Shown one piece after another: positions 29,647-39,772 of a stretch of DNA of 64,000 bases; position 1 is the first letter of the stretch; every line of letters starts with the position of its first letter. The notes beneath the pieces were generated by a model. The model was given only the letters and a program-made list of their open reading frames with translations, had not been told where the DNA came from and made no database searches. Origin of the DNA: an uncultured Candidatus Saccharibacteria bacterium. GTDB lineage: Bacteria; Patescibacteriota; Minisyncoccia; Phycocordibacterales; UBA9973. The translations under genes and the position numbers were made by a program. The DNA lies in the NCBI GenBank assembly GCA_964474435.1, contig CAYYSI010000002.1, positions 92,260 through 156,259 on the forward strand, written 5' to 3'.

Positions 29647-30432
29647 GTGAACAAAAACATCTTTTTCATAGCCATCGTACTTTTTTTCATTCCTTTATAT
29701 GCGCATGCGGAGATATTGCGCACGTTGAAACTTGGCGACCGAGGGACTGATGTCAAAGAGCTCCAGGTATTTCTGAACTCCGATCCTGGCACCCGCATTG
29801 CGACTAGTGGTGTTGGGTCACCAGGGTATGAGAGTACATACTTTGGAGGACTCACTGCTGCGGCAGTGAAACGACTCCAGATCAAATATGCGTATGAAAC
29901 CCTCACGCCAGCTGGACTGAGTTCCCCAACCGGAGTTGTCGGTCTCTACACACGCAACCTTATTTATAAAATCATCCACACAACGACGCCGACTCCTGCA
30001 ACGCCCGTTACACCTCCTTCTATACCCACCGGTATTCCGCCAAAGATCACATCAGTCAGCCCAATGATTGTGACGACGAGTCCACAAACTCTCACCATCA
30101 CAGGTACAGGCTTCACCACCACTGACAACACACTTATCATTGCAAGTGATGGTGATCAGGGTGTTGGATCATACGGATCAACCAATGGCACAACACTTTC
30201 ATTTCCATTTGTCTTTGTAACGGGTGAAAAGATGAAATCGCAACTTGTCCCATATAAAGGAAGCGCACGGTACCCCCAGATACTTGCCGAATTTGTCAAA
30301 AATCTCGGTGGTGAAACAGTCACTCGCCAAAATGGCACCACCTACATACGTGCTATACTCAAAATCAAGAATGCAAATGGCGAAAGTAATGCCGTCACGG
30401 TCCAGGTTGATATCAAGGAGCTTCTCAAATAA
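29647..30432 (+). CDS. secreted peptidoglycan-binding-domain protein
   Basis: GTG start gives the signal peptide (M)NKNIFFIAIVLFFIPLYAHA. PG_binding_1-like region (LKLGDRGTDVKELQ...GGLTAAAVKRLQ) followed by T/P-rich and Ig-like segments. The track ORF extends further upstream only because there is no in-frame stop. Confidence 0.5.
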   Translation: MNKNIFFIAIVLFFIPLYAHAEILRTLKLGDRGTDVKELQVFLNSDPGTRIATSGVGSPGYESTYFGGLTAAAVKRLQIKYAYETLTPAGLSSPTGVVGLYTRNLIYKIIHTTTPTPATPVTPPSIPTGIPPKITSVSPMIVTTSPQTLTITGTGFTTTDNTLIIASDGDQGVGSYGSTNGTTLSFPFVFVTGEKMKSQLVPYKGSARYPQILAEFVKNLGGETVTRQNGTTYIRAILKIKNANGESNAVTVQVDIKELLK

Positions 30433-30438
30433 TCTTTT

Positions 30439-30822
30439 ATGAAAAAATTTCATTTCACCAAACAAACTATCGCCGCAGCAGTCTTGCTCACCAGTATGGT
30501 TGGTGCGTTTGCGCTCGCACTTCGCCCGGATCATACAGAGGCAGTTGGTGGCAGATACTTTGGAGGTATGAGAACATCGACCTTTAGTTGTAGTTGCAGC
30601 GGCAGTACGCTCATTTATATTAATGACTACGCAAGTGGTGGAGTGCTCGCACTTGTCTATAATGGTAGTGGAAGAACGTTTTCAAACAATAATATTTATG
30701 GGACATATCTCCTTGGTTCATACACAAGCGGAAGTCAGTGTCTCTACATTGTCGGCGAAGACTGTGTCGAAATGAGCTCTGATGGATACTTCGATGCAAA
30801 CCCTGGAACAGGAACATCATAA
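30439..30822 (+). CDS. small secreted hypothetical protein (Cys-containing)
   Basis: Signal peptide; 127 aa; followed by a strong terminator. Confidence 0.4.
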   Translation: MKKFHFTKQTIAAAVLLTSMVGAFALALRPDHTEAVGGRYFGGMRTSTFSCSCSGSTLIYINDYASGGVLALVYNGSGRTFSNNNIYGTYLLGSYTSGSQCLYIVGEDCVEMSSDGYFDANPGTGTS

Positions 30823-30824
30823 AG

Positions 30825-30858
30825 AAAAAATCTCTCCAGTATTTGGAGAGATTTTTTC
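30825..30858. terminator. bidirectional rho-independent terminator
   Basis: aaaaaa-TCTCTCC-agtattt-GGAGAGA-tttttt between convergent genes. Confidence 0.7.
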
Positions 30859-30870
30859 TTAACTATTTTT

Positions 30871-32775
30871 TTATAGAAACACTGTTGTAAATCCCGCTTC
30901 CCCACTTCGCGTTTCCCGTAATACAAGTTCTTCGGGTATATCGAGCACAAACTCGCTTGGCATGCGCACATCTCGCATACCATATATGGTGCGCATGCTT
31001 GCGTAGGTCAGATACAGTTTCTGGCGAGCACGTGTGAGTGCGACATACATGAGGCGGCGCTCTTCTTCGGCATCTGCGCCTGTTGCACCGCGATCTCTGT
31101 CGTGTGGAAAGAGTCCTTGTTCAAGTCCGACGACAAACACGACTGCAAACTCAAGTCCTTTTGCAGCATGGATCGTCATGAGCTTCACGCCGTTGGCGGC
31201 CTCCAGATTGTCTTGGTCACTCATCAGTGTTGCTTCTTCGATCAGTTTTTCAATGCCGTCTTCTGCACCAAGGTGATCATATCGTGTACCGAGCGTGACG
31301 AGCTCTGCCAAGTTTTCCAAACGCTCCTGACCATCCGGTTCATCTTTGTACGATGCATCCATACCACTTTCGATAATGATGTACTTGATACTTTCTGACA
31401 CCGAATGCGTTTGCATATAGATGCGAATGCGTGCAAGCAGATCAAAAAACTTTTCTACCGAGAGCTGTGCTTTGCCGCTGAGTTCTTCCTTTGCAAATAC
31501 TTTTGCAATCGTTACTTTTCCAATACCACGCGCGGGTACATTGATGATGCGTTTGATATCGACGAGACTTTCGGGATTGAGCGCTGCGCGCATATAACAG
31601 AGCACGTCTTTGACTTCCTTTCGTTCAAAGAACCGCACGCCGAGCACTTGATACGGGATACTGTATGAGAGAAATGATTCTTCGAGCACGCGCGATTGAA
31701 AGTTGGTACGAAAGAGCACTGCAATATCAGATGGTGCAACGCCTGCATCAATGTGTTCAACACATCGCTCGACAATAAAATTTCCTTCGTCAACTTCATC
31801 ATACGCCGTATAGATAGAGATCTGTTCCCCGTCAGTGTTGTTCGTAAATAATTTCTTGGGTGTGCGATAGTTATTTTTCTCAATGATTTCGTTTGCAGCT
31901 GCAAGCACTGTTTTGGTCGAGCGATAGTTTTCTTCGAGGACGACAACGGTTGCTTCTGGATAGTCTCGTTCAAATTCCAAAATGTTTTTGATATTTGCTC
32001 CACGCCATGAATAAATACTTTGATCAGAGTCGCCAACGACACACAAGTTTTTGGTGTGTGACGCAAGTGCCTTTGCGATGCGATACTGTACTTCGTTCGT
32101 GTCTTGGTATTCATCAATGTGGATGTGTGACCAGGTTTCGTGGCACCACTTCTTTGCCTCAATGTTTTTTTCAAGAAGGTGCACAGTATGTGTGAGCAAG
32201 TCATCAAAGTCGAGCGCCTTCTGTTCATGCTTCAATGCCTTGTACTTTTTCCAGATGCGGCCTGCGAGGCGATAGCTCGGATTTGCTTCCCCTTCGAGTT
32301 GCTCCGGTGTCTGGAATGCATTTGCGGCACGACTGATCGTATTTTTGATACCGCGCGGATCATTTTCTTTGGGATCGAGACCAAATGAATTGAGCGCTTC
32401 TTTGATGAGGGACGTCGTATCAGAGTCATCAAGGATCGTGAATCGCTTCACACCGTCATACACACCAAACTTCCGCAGCAAAAAAACTCCGAGACTGTGG
32501 AATGTGCTCACAAATGGCACGTCTCGTCCGCGTTCTATAAACGGAATCTTCTCAACCAAATGTCCCACTCGCTCGCGCATCTCCTTGGCCGCCTTGTTGG
32601 TAAATGTCACTGCGAGAATAGATGATGGAAGCACACCACTTGTGATGAGGTGTCCGATACGATGTACGATCGTCTTGGTCTTGCCTGCACCTGCACCTGC
32701 CACAATGAGAAGTGGCCCATCAGTTGCGAGCACTGCCTGCTTTTGCGCATCGTTAAGTCCAGAGGTGAAATCCAT
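30871..32775 (-). CDS. pcrA: ATP-dependent DNA helicase UvrD/PcrA
   Basis: UvrD motif I AGAGAGKTKT, motif II DEYQDTN, and a C-terminal VALTRA region. Confidence 0.9.
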   Translation of the reverse strand: MDFTSGLNDAQKQAVLATDGPLLIVAGAGAGKTKTIVHRIGHLITSGVLPSSILAVTFTNKAAKEMRERVGHLVEKIPFIERGRDVPFVSTFHSLGVFLLRKFGVYDGVKRFTILDDSDTTSLIKEALNSFGLDPKENDPRGIKNTISRAANAFQTPEQLEGEANPSYRLAGRIWKKYKALKHEQKALDFDDLLTHTVHLLEKNIEAKKWCHETWSHIHIDEYQDTNEVQYRIAKALASHTKNLCVVGDSDQSIYSWRGANIKNILEFERDYPEATVVVLEENYRSTKTVLAAANEIIEKNNYRTPKKLFTNNTDGEQISIYTAYDEVDEGNFIVERCVEHIDAGVAPSDIAVLFRTNFQSRVLEESFLSYSIPYQVLGVRFFERKEVKDVLCYMRAALNPESLVDIKRIINVPARGIGKVTIAKVFAKEELSGKAQLSVEKFFDLLARIRIYMQTHSVSESIKYIIIESGMDASYKDEPDGQERLENLAELVTLGTRYDHLGAEDGIEKLIEEATLMSDQDNLEAANGVKLMTIHAAKGLEFAVVFVVGLEQGLFPHDRDRGATGADAEEERRLMYVALTRARQKLYLTYASMRTIYGMRDVRMPSEFVLDIPEELVLRETRSGEAGFTTVFL

Positions 32776-32984
32776 GACTCACAGTGTAGCTGATTTATTC
32801 ACAAAGCGAAAATATCCTTATTTTGTAATGCTCTAGAGGAAGGATTGCATTAGGATAATACTCCAAAAGAGTGTCAATATAGCTAAAACAAGGCTAAAAT
32901 CAGCATTCCTTATTGACTAACCATGAATATAATTGTCCTATCACAACATGCTCGCATTCCTTGGTAAAATGATTGTCTATCTTT

Positions 32985-34106
32985 ATGACATCAACAGATT
33001 CAAATGGGTCGTCGTCAGACGTTCCCAAACGTTCCAAAAAACACCATATCGGCAAGAAACAGATACTCTACATTGTTCTTCCCCTTCTTCTTATTAATGC
33101 AGGCATTGCACATACGATCATTGGTCAGATCAAGATAAAGGCAAATGCGAGCGTGACAGAGGTCAAGGATGACACTACGGTTCTTGCGAATGAGGGCGAA
33201 GTTGCCGATGACACTGCAGCCCAAGACGAGATCGTTGCGGACGATCAGCCAGTCATTACTATTTATAAGGTAAAAAGTGGTGATACCCTCTCCGGCATTG
33301 CAGACAAGTTCAATATCTCTATCAACACGATCCGCTGGGCAAACGACCTTACAGAAAAAACCTCAAAGATTGCGATCGGAGACGAGCTCGTTATCCTTCC
33401 TGTTACAGGAGTTGAATATAAGGTAAAGAAAGGTGATACCCTTTCCGGTATTGCACTAAAGTTTGATGCAAGCCAAGACGACATTTTGAAATACAACGAT
33501 ATCGAAGCGGGGGCGATCAAGATCGGTACAGAGCTCATTATTCCAAACGCAGAGCCAATCACTGCTCCTGCCAAGGCTCCAGCAAAAGTAGTTGCCAAAA
33601 CTCCTATAAAACCAACAGCAACGAAAAGTACAACTACTACAACAACAAAGACGTCTTCTGAAACTGCAAACGTAGCAACAACTGATACAAAGGAAAAAGA
33701 AGATGACAAAAAGTCAGAGGACGAAGAAAAGCCTGCTCCAACAAAGACAACATACGTAAACCCTATTCCTGCCGGAGTACTCACACAGCGCATTCATGAT
33801 GGTAATGCAGTCGACTTTGGCGCCGCAATCGGAACACCAGTGAAGGCATCAGCTGCTGGTACGGTGATCATTGCAAAGGCAGGAAATAATGGTGGGTATG
33901 GAACGTATATTGTTATCACACACGCAGATGGATCTCAAACTCTGTATGGCCACCTTTCAAAACTCTCAGTTGCAGCTGGAGACAAAGTAGATCAAGGTGA
34001 AACAATTGGTCTCTCGGGAAATACAGGCAAATCAACTGGTCCTCACCTTCATTTCAAAATCATCAACGGCCCTCGCAATCCCTTCGCCTCTCTCGCGCTT
34101 CACTAA
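32985..34106 (+). CDS. LysM-domain M23-family peptidoglycan endopeptidase
   Basis: Two LysM repeats (YKVKSGDTLSGIA; YKVKKGDTLSGIA) and an M23 HxxxD / HLHFxI motif (TGPHLHFKI). The track start is TTG at 32973; the first ATG is at 32985. Confidence 0.8.
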   Translation: MTSTDSNGSSSDVPKRSKKHHIGKKQILYIVLPLLLINAGIAHTIIGQIKIKANASVTEVKDDTTVLANEGEVADDTAAQDEIVADDQPVITIYKVKSGDTLSGIADKFNISINTIRWANDLTEKTSKIAIGDELVILPVTGVEYKVKKGDTLSGIALKFDASQDDILKYNDIEAGAIKIGTELIIPNAEPITAPAKAPAKVVAKTPIKPTATKSTTTTTTKTSSETANVATTDTKEKEDDKKSEDEEKPAPTKTTYVNPIPAGVLTQRIHDGNAVDFGAAIGTPVKASAAGTVIIAKAGNNGGYGTYIVITHADGSQTLYGHLSKLSVAAGDKVDQGETIGLSGNTGKSTGPHLHFKIINGPRNPFASLALH

Positions 34107-34140
34107 TAAAAAAATCCTGCAACGAGCAGGATTTTTTTTA
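34107..34140. terminator. bidirectional rho-independent terminator
   Basis: aaaaaaa-ATCCTGC-aacga-GCAGGAT-ttttttt. Confidence 0.7.
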
Positions 34141-35643
34141 TTCAAACTTCGGCCTGTACTGCAATGCTTCCAATATGTGTGGGATCTCGATTGTCTCACT
34201 CTTTTCCAGATCAGCAATTGTGCGGGCGACTTTGATAGTGCGCATATAGACGCGGGGTGAGAGTTTGAGTTTCTCGGCATAGACTTGGAGCTGTTTACGG
34301 GCGTCATCCGAGAGTCTGCTTTCGCGTTGGACTTCGGTTGATGACAGATCGCTGTTGAGTTTCCCAAATCTTTTTTCTTGGGTTGTGCGCACTGACTCTA
34401 TTTTTTCTCGGACACTCCTACTTTCTTTTTCAGTTGCGTCATCATGGAGTGTTGCATATTCGACATGCTGGACTGGTACCCACAGATCGATACGATCAAT
34501 GATCGGACCGGAGAGTTTTTTGTTGTAGCGTGCAATTTCTGCACCACTACAACTACAGTGTTTGATGCCGCTGCCTCGATAGCCGCACGGACATGGATTC
34601 ATTGCGGCAAGGAGTATGAAACGCGCAGGATATCTGACACTTCCCTTTGCGCGTGCAACTGTGATCGCACCGTCCTCGATGGGTTCGCGCAGTGCTTCGA
34701 TCACACGCCGATCAAACTCCGGGAATTCATCCAGATACAATATCCCGCGATGTGCGAGTGTGATGTCGCCTGGACGTAATTGTTGTCCGCCACCAATGAT
34801 CGCAACATGTGATGCAGAATGATGTGGAGAGCGCAGCGGTACCTTGCCGTGTAACGCATCATTGATCAGTCCGATCGATGAGTAGATCGTTGCGACTTCG
34901 AGGAAGTGGCTACTTGTGAGCGCTGGCATGATGCCATGAAATGCCTTTGCGAGCATTGTCTTGCCAGTGCCCGGTGGTCCATAGAGGACGATGTTATGTC
35001 CACCAGCTGCAGCGATCGTGAGCGCGCGTTTGGCCTGTAGTTGTCCACGCACGTCTCCAAAATCAATCCCGCTTGAGGTTTCGATAATTGCTGGTGGTTG
35101 ATAGGTCGTCGTTTGCAACTGTTCTCCGTCATTGAGGTGTGCAACCAGTGCCTCAAGTGTGGGCACGAGATAAAATGTCACACCATCGACGAGGCACGCT
35201 TCGATGGCATTGCCTTCGGGTACAAATACTTCACTCATACCGTTGTCTCGTGCCCATTGCGCAATCGAGAGCAGTCCTCTCACTGGGCGCACGTCACCAT
35301 TGAGTGCGAGCTCTCCCACAAAGAGTTTGTTGCTCGTATCAAATACAAGCTCACCTGTTGCGGTCAGATACCCAAGTGCGATAGCAATATCAAAATACGC
35401 CCCCTCTTTGCGGAGCTCTGCGGGCGAGAGGCTGACGATGACTTTGTGGTTTTCTGCCTTTGGATTTTTATCAATGCTGTTGCGCAGTGCCGAGATCACA
35501 CGCTCACGAGACTCTTCGACTGACTTGTCCGGCAGTCCCACAATCTGGAACATATAGAGCCCTCGATTGATATCGGTCTCGACGACGACTCCTACTGCTC
35601 CCAGTCCTGACAACTGCGCACTCTGAATGCGAGAAAATGACAT
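34138..35643 (-). CDS. comM: Mg-chelatase-like AAA+ protein YifB/ComM
   Basis: Lon-like N-terminal domain and an AAA+ Walker A GPPGTGKT; ATG at 35643 chosen. Confidence 0.85.
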   Translation of the reverse strand: MSFSRIQSAQLSGLGAVGVVVETDINRGLYMFQIVGLPDKSVEESRERVISALRNSIDKNPKAENHKVIVSLSPAELRKEGAYFDIAIALGYLTATGELVFDTSNKLFVGELALNGDVRPVRGLLSIAQWARDNGMSEVFVPEGNAIEACLVDGVTFYLVPTLEALVAHLNDGEQLQTTTYQPPAIIETSSGIDFGDVRGQLQAKRALTIAAAGGHNIVLYGPPGTGKTMLAKAFHGIMPALTSSHFLEVATIYSSIGLINDALHGKVPLRSPHHSASHVAIIGGGQQLRPGDITLAHRGILYLDEFPEFDRRVIEALREPIEDGAITVARAKGSVRYPARFILLAAMNPCPCGYRGSGIKHCSCSGAEIARYNKKLSGPIIDRIDLWVPVQHVEYATLHDDATEKESRSVREKIESVRTTQEKRFGKLNSDLSSTEVQRESRLSDDARKQLQVYAEKLKLSPRVYMRTIKVARTIADLEKSETIEIPHILEALQYRPKFE

Positions 35644-35774
35644 CACGTACGAAACAGAATACTCTGTTGTATGGTATGGAAATAAGATCGACCTGTTTTG
35701 TACGTGAACATGAAACAAGTATAGTAATTCGTTCTAAACTATTTCTAAACTGTGTGAAACGAGATATGCACTAG

Positions 35775-36092
35775 CTACTTAAAGACAAAGAGTATGTCAT
35801 AGAAATGTTTAATCATTCCCTTTTTATCAACTTCGATACCTTCTGTTTTGTACAGCTTCATGCGCTTTGTGCGATATTCGTCATTGATCCAGACACGGCC
35901 GCCAGCGTAGACAATGCGGTGAAACGGAATCTTTTTCTCGCCGCGATCATATGCCTTGCCGAGTATTGCGGTCACACTGCGTGCGGCTTGCCCACCACCT
36001 CCTGCCGCTTTTGCAATGTCTCCATACGTCGTCACCTTCCCCTTCGGGACCATAAGTGCGAGCTCGACGACTCGTTGTGAGAATGTTTTCAT
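35775..36092 (-). CDS. alkyltransferase-like (ATL) protein, MGMT DNA-binding domain lacking the acceptor cysteine
   Basis: 105 aa, equal to the MGMT C-terminal HTH domain alone. The active-site motif reads IPFHRIV where MGMT has IPCHRVV. Confidence 0.6.
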   Translation of the reverse strand: MKTFSQRVVELALMVPKGKVTTYGDIAKAAGGGGQAARSVTAILGKAYDRGEKKIPFHRIVYAGGRVWINDEYRTKRMKLYKTEGIEVDKKGMIKHFYDILFVFK

Positions 36093-36137
36093 ATTTTTTA
36101 TAGTAACAAAAAATCCGCCGGAGCGGATAGTTTTATC

Positions 36138-36494
36138 TTAATCATTCATGTGCGCCTTGCACGTCTTTGCGCTTGGGTTTGCTTCGAGGCGTTCTGGCTC
36201 GATCTTTTCGCCGCCGATTTCACAGATACCGTACGTGCCCTCTTCGATTTTCTTGAGTGCCTTTTCGACATCAGAGAGGCGCGCTTGGAGTGTAGTGACC
36301 ATGCCAGAGCGTCCTTCGAAGTCTTCGAATCGGTCAGCTGCATCGTTGTCATCGATCTCGCCCATCATGTCTTGGTCAGGCGTTGCTTCCCAAACATTGG
36401 TCTCAGTATTAAAGATGGCAATAGACCCGAGCTCTTCTTCGAGGTTCGCCTTTTCGGTCAATAGCTTTTCGTTGTAGTGATTTGTGTTCTTCAT
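36138..36494 (-). CDS. DksA/TraR-family transcription factor
   Basis: Coiled-coil N-terminus and a C-terminal TraR/DksA signature YGICEIGGEKIEPERLEANPSAKTCKAH. Confidence 0.65.
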   Translation of the reverse strand: MKNTNHYNEKLLTEKANLEEELGSIAIFNTETNVWEATPDQDMMGEIDDNDAADRFEDFEGRSGMVTTLQARLSDVEKALKKIEEGTYGICEIGGEKIEPERLEANPSAKTCKAHMND

Positions 36495-36555
36495 TACCGG
36501 CTATAGTAGCATGCCGGCAGGAATGCACAAGTCCGTTTTCCCCTCTGGATACTTC

Positions 36556-37446
36556 TTAGTGTTGTCTGATGATGGTGTCGTAAACGGCCTTGAGAACGCT
36601 TGGGTTTGTGGCAACGACGATCGTGTTGTCGGTGGCATAGCCGTAATAAAAGAGAAGCGTTTCTTCTTGGATATCGATGTCGTATGACTTGAGGGTGCGC
36701 ACGGGCAAGTTGTACATGTAGCTGCTCGTGAATCCTTTGCCAATCTCATTTTGGTGCATCGAGAGATCGATGTTGAGTGCAGGGGCAACCATCGACAGAA
36801 GTGTCGGTTCTGCGATCAAGAATTCTTTGGTTGCGATCTCTGGATTCGGTACTGAAAAGAGGATGAATGGCACGACTTGGGATCCAGTGTTGATGACGCC
36901 AAGTCTGACAAGTGAAGTTGCAGCAATAAATGGCTCACTTGCATCGGCGCGTATAAATTCGAGAATGCCTTCGTTTGAAAGTTGGGTAAGTGTTGTCGTG
37001 TCAGACACAATAGGTACAAGGAATGGCTTGCCTTCGGGCAAATCATCATGCGTGATGAGTGTGTCGATACTTGCGTCGATCGTGGTGTCTGCTGCAATGA
37101 TTGGAGTTGTCGATTGAAAGACTCCGACTGAGACATTGGGTGCGACGTGCACGGTGAGGTGCTCATAATAGTACACGCCATACCCAAGCGAACCGAGCGC
37201 AAGCAACAAGAGTATGAGTCCCCCGAGTGTGTACCATCCTTTTTGGTGACGAACTGTTTCCTTTTCTGCTTCAAATGTTTCTCGTTCTCGAGCTGTTTGG
37301 AGAAGTTCTTGGACAACAGTCGCATCAGTTGTGTCCATCGCAAGCGACATGTCGCGTTCATACGTTTGTACGACAGGACGACCTGACGGATCAGGAGCGT
37401 CAGGTCTCTTTGGTACAGGAGATGATTGTGGTGTTGTCGGCGGCAT
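36556..37446 (-). CDS. membrane-anchored hypothetical protein
   Basis: ATG at 37446 chosen; TM helix GGLILLLLALGSLGYGVYYY. Confidence 0.4.
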   Translation of the reverse strand: MPPTTPQSSPVPKRPDAPDPSGRPVVQTYERDMSLAMDTTDATVVQELLQTARERETFEAEKETVRHQKGWYTLGGLILLLLALGSLGYGVYYYEHLTVHVAPNVSVGVFQSTTPIIAADTTIDASIDTLITHDDLPEGKPFLVPIVSDTTTLTQLSNEGILEFIRADASEPFIAATSLVRLGVINTGSQVVPFILFSVPNPEIATKEFLIAEPTLLSMVAPALNIDLSMHQNEIGKGFTSSYMYNLPVRTLKSYDIDIQEETLLFYYGYATDNTIVVATNPSVLKAVYDTIIRQH

Positions 37447-37456
37447 TATAAATTGC

Positions 37457-37966
37457 TTAATACCCGATGAGGTACTTCTTGGCATTGACCGAGAGGTCGA
37501 GGAAGTCATCGGCCACTTCTTTCAGTGATGCTGACGCGCTCTTGCCGAATGTCACGACTTCGACCTGTACGCCATGATGGTATTTGAGGTAGTTGCACAG
37601 TGGGACGAAGTCGCCATCGCCAGAGACGATCACGATTGCATCGAGTTTGGGCGCCATAGAGACACAGTCGATCGCAAGTCCGATATCCCAGTCAGCCTTT
37701 TTGCTGCCATCATAAAAGATCTGGAGATCCTTGGATTTGGTTTCAATACCGTTTTTCGTGAGTGCGTCAAAAAATGCTCCTTCGTCATTGCTCTCAGTCG
37801 TGATGACATATGCGATTGCGCGGATGAGTTTGCGGCCGGCGAGCGAGTCTTTGACGACGTTTGCAAAGTGTACTTTTCGTTTATATAAATTTTTTGCGGT
37901 GTGATAGAGATTTTGGGCGTCAATAAAAATGCCGACGCGCTGATCTTTTTGTTTGATGATTGCCAT
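37457..37966 (-). CDS. NYN-domain (LabA-like) putative ribonuclease
   Basis: NYN/PIN-like acidic motifs IFIDAQN and IVSGDGDF; the track start is TTG, and the ATG at 37966 was used. Confidence 0.6.
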   Translation of the reverse strand: MAIIKQKDQRVGIFIDAQNLYHTAKNLYKRKVHFANVVKDSLAGRKLIRAIAYVITTESNDEGAFFDALTKNGIETKSKDLQIFYDGSKKADWDIGLAIDCVSMAPKLDAIVIVSGDGDFVPLCNYLKYHHGVQVEVVTFGKSASASLKEVADDFLDLSVNAKKYLIGY

Positions 37967-38016
37967 AGTTGTAGTATATAGCAAAACCCCCGTTTATTAA
38001 TCGGGAGTTTTGTGTA

Positions 38017-38277
38017 TTAGTCCTTGATAATTTTGAGTGCTTCTTTGTGTTGTGTCGGATTTGTTTTCTCGAGCACCTTGATGTGACCACGTCGGTCTGC
38101 CACCATCTTGATCAATCCTCGGCGTGAGTGATTGTCTTTCTTGTGTTTCTTGAGGTGGGTTGCGAGCATGTCGATCTTTTCGGTGAGCATTGCTACTTGC
38201 ACCTTCTTAGAACCAGTGTCCGTTGCGTGAACCTGGTGCTTTTTGATGACTGCTGACTTTTTCTTCGTTGATAACAT
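38017..38277 (-). CDS. rpsO: 30S ribosomal protein S15
   Basis: S15 signature HLKKHKKDNHSRRGLIKMV; internal ATG at 38277. Confidence 0.85.
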   Translation of the reverse strand: MLSTKKKSAVIKKHQVHATDTGSKKVQVAMLTEKIDMLATHLKKHKKDNHSRRGLIKMVADRRGHIKVLEKTNPTQHKEALKIIKD

Positions 38278-38453
38278 AGTAGAGACATCATAACACACCC
38301 ACTCAAAAAAAGCAAGTGGGGCCTGCGAGGTGAGGAAGAGATGTATTTTTGGAGCACTGTTGAGGCCAGAGGCCGAGTTTGCGGAAAAAATATGTCTCTT
38401 TCGACCCGAAGCAGCATCTATGTCGCACAATATTTTGTTATACTTCTCTGTAT

Positions 38454-39359
38454 ATGGACTTCCCTACTGCAAAACGACAATTCCTCGAGTATATCGAGAT
38501 CGAAAAGGGCCGCTCGCTCAAAACTGTCGAAAATTACGATCACTACCTCTCTCGCTTTGCCACTGACATGAAGGTATCCAAGGTGAAGGATATCACCGAA
38601 GACACACTTCGCGAGTTTCGCCTGCGCCTCAACCGTGCTCCAGGCGTCAAAGTCCGTGGGCAATCTGCTGCAACGATGAAGAAAAACACGCAGAACTACT
38701 ATATGATCGCGCTACGCTCATTCCTCAAATACTGCCGCAAGCGAAACATCGATGCTGTGACGCCGGATGCCATCGAGCTTGCAAAGGTCGGCGCTCGCCA
38801 CCTCGACCTTATATCAACTGACGAACTCAATCGTCTCTTGAAATCCCCTGACACAACGACGCTCAAAGGTTTGCGGGACAAAGCACTTCTTGAGCTCTTT
38901 TTCTCGACAGGCCTTCGTCTTGCCGAGCTTTGCTCGCTCAACAACGACCTCGACCTCTCTCGTGATGAGTTTTCTATACGCGGAAAAGGTGAAAAGGTCC
39001 GTGTGGTGTTCATCTCAGACGATGCACGAGCTGCAATCAAGGCATATCTCAAGGCTCGCAAGGACATGGACGACGCAATGTTCGTCAATATTGCCAAAAA
39101 CAAGATATCTGGCCGCCTCACCCCCCGTTCGATCGAGCGCATCGTGCGTGAATACTCTATAAAGGCTGGAATCTCCAAGAAAGTCACGCCCCACGTCCTT
39201 CGTCACTCGTTTGCGACCAATCTCCTCTCCAATGGCGCCGATATTCGCAGTGTCCAAATGATGCTCGGCCATGCCAACATCGCTACAACCCAGGTCTATA
39301 CACACATTACCGACAAACAACTTCGTGAGGTGCACAAGAAGTTTCATTCGAAAAAGTAA
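38454..39359 (+). CDS. xerD: tyrosine recombinase XerC/XerD family
   Basis: C-terminal catalytic motif HVLRHSFAT...LGHANIATTQVYTH with the catalytic Tyr. Confidence 0.8.
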   Translation: MDFPTAKRQFLEYIEIEKGRSLKTVENYDHYLSRFATDMKVSKVKDITEDTLREFRLRLNRAPGVKVRGQSAATMKKNTQNYYMIALRSFLKYCRKRNIDAVTPDAIELAKVGARHLDLISTDELNRLLKSPDTTTLKGLRDKALLELFFSTGLRLAELCSLNNDLDLSRDEFSIRGKGEKVRVVFISDDARAAIKAYLKARKDMDDAMFVNIAKNKISGRLTPRSIERIVREYSIKAGISKKVTPHVLRHSFATNLLSNGADIRSVQMMLGHANIATTQVYTHITDKQLREVHKKFHSKK

Positions 39360-39628
39360 GGGGCCTGCCCCGTTAGAAGCAGGATGCGGAAGCACACACT
39401 GCTTTCTAATGGGGTTATACACAGTTGTGCGTTGTGAATGCTGTTGCTACAATGAACACAGAACGCTGTTATTCAAAAATCCAATACTTCCTACGTAACG
39501 ACCATCATGTCGTTTAACAACATTAATTGTTTCCGTATACATTTACGATTAATAATTCAAACAAACAAAACCAGTAGTTCTTTTTCAATTTGCCACTCCT
39601 TTATGAAGTAAATAAACTTCTCAACATA

Positions 39629-39662
39629 TAAAACCCCTATTTTCTCAGGGGTTTTCTTTTTG
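39629..39662 (+). terminator. rho-independent terminator
   Basis: aaaaCCCCT-attttctc-AGGGGtttt-ctttt. Confidence 0.65.
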
Positions 39663-39672
39663 CTTGGGTATA

Positions 39673-39701
39673 TTGACAAATAGTATAATATATGCTATTA
39701 T
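39673..39701 (+). promoter_or_regulatory. candidate sigma70-type promoter
   Basis: TTGACA, a 17-nt spacer, then TATTAT, about 70 nt upstream of the 39773 gene. Confidence 0.4.
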
Positions 39702-39772
39702 ATACTCAGATAAGGTTAATCCTCACCTTCTAAAAAGAGCCGATCTTTTAAAACAAAAAAACAACTAAAAAG

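Noticed and set aside
38454-39359. XerD-like recombinase as the integrase of an integrated element
   Set aside because: It is adjacent to rpsO, with no tRNA or flanking direct repeats and no phage or plasmid genes; it fits the chromosomal dimer-resolution recombinase
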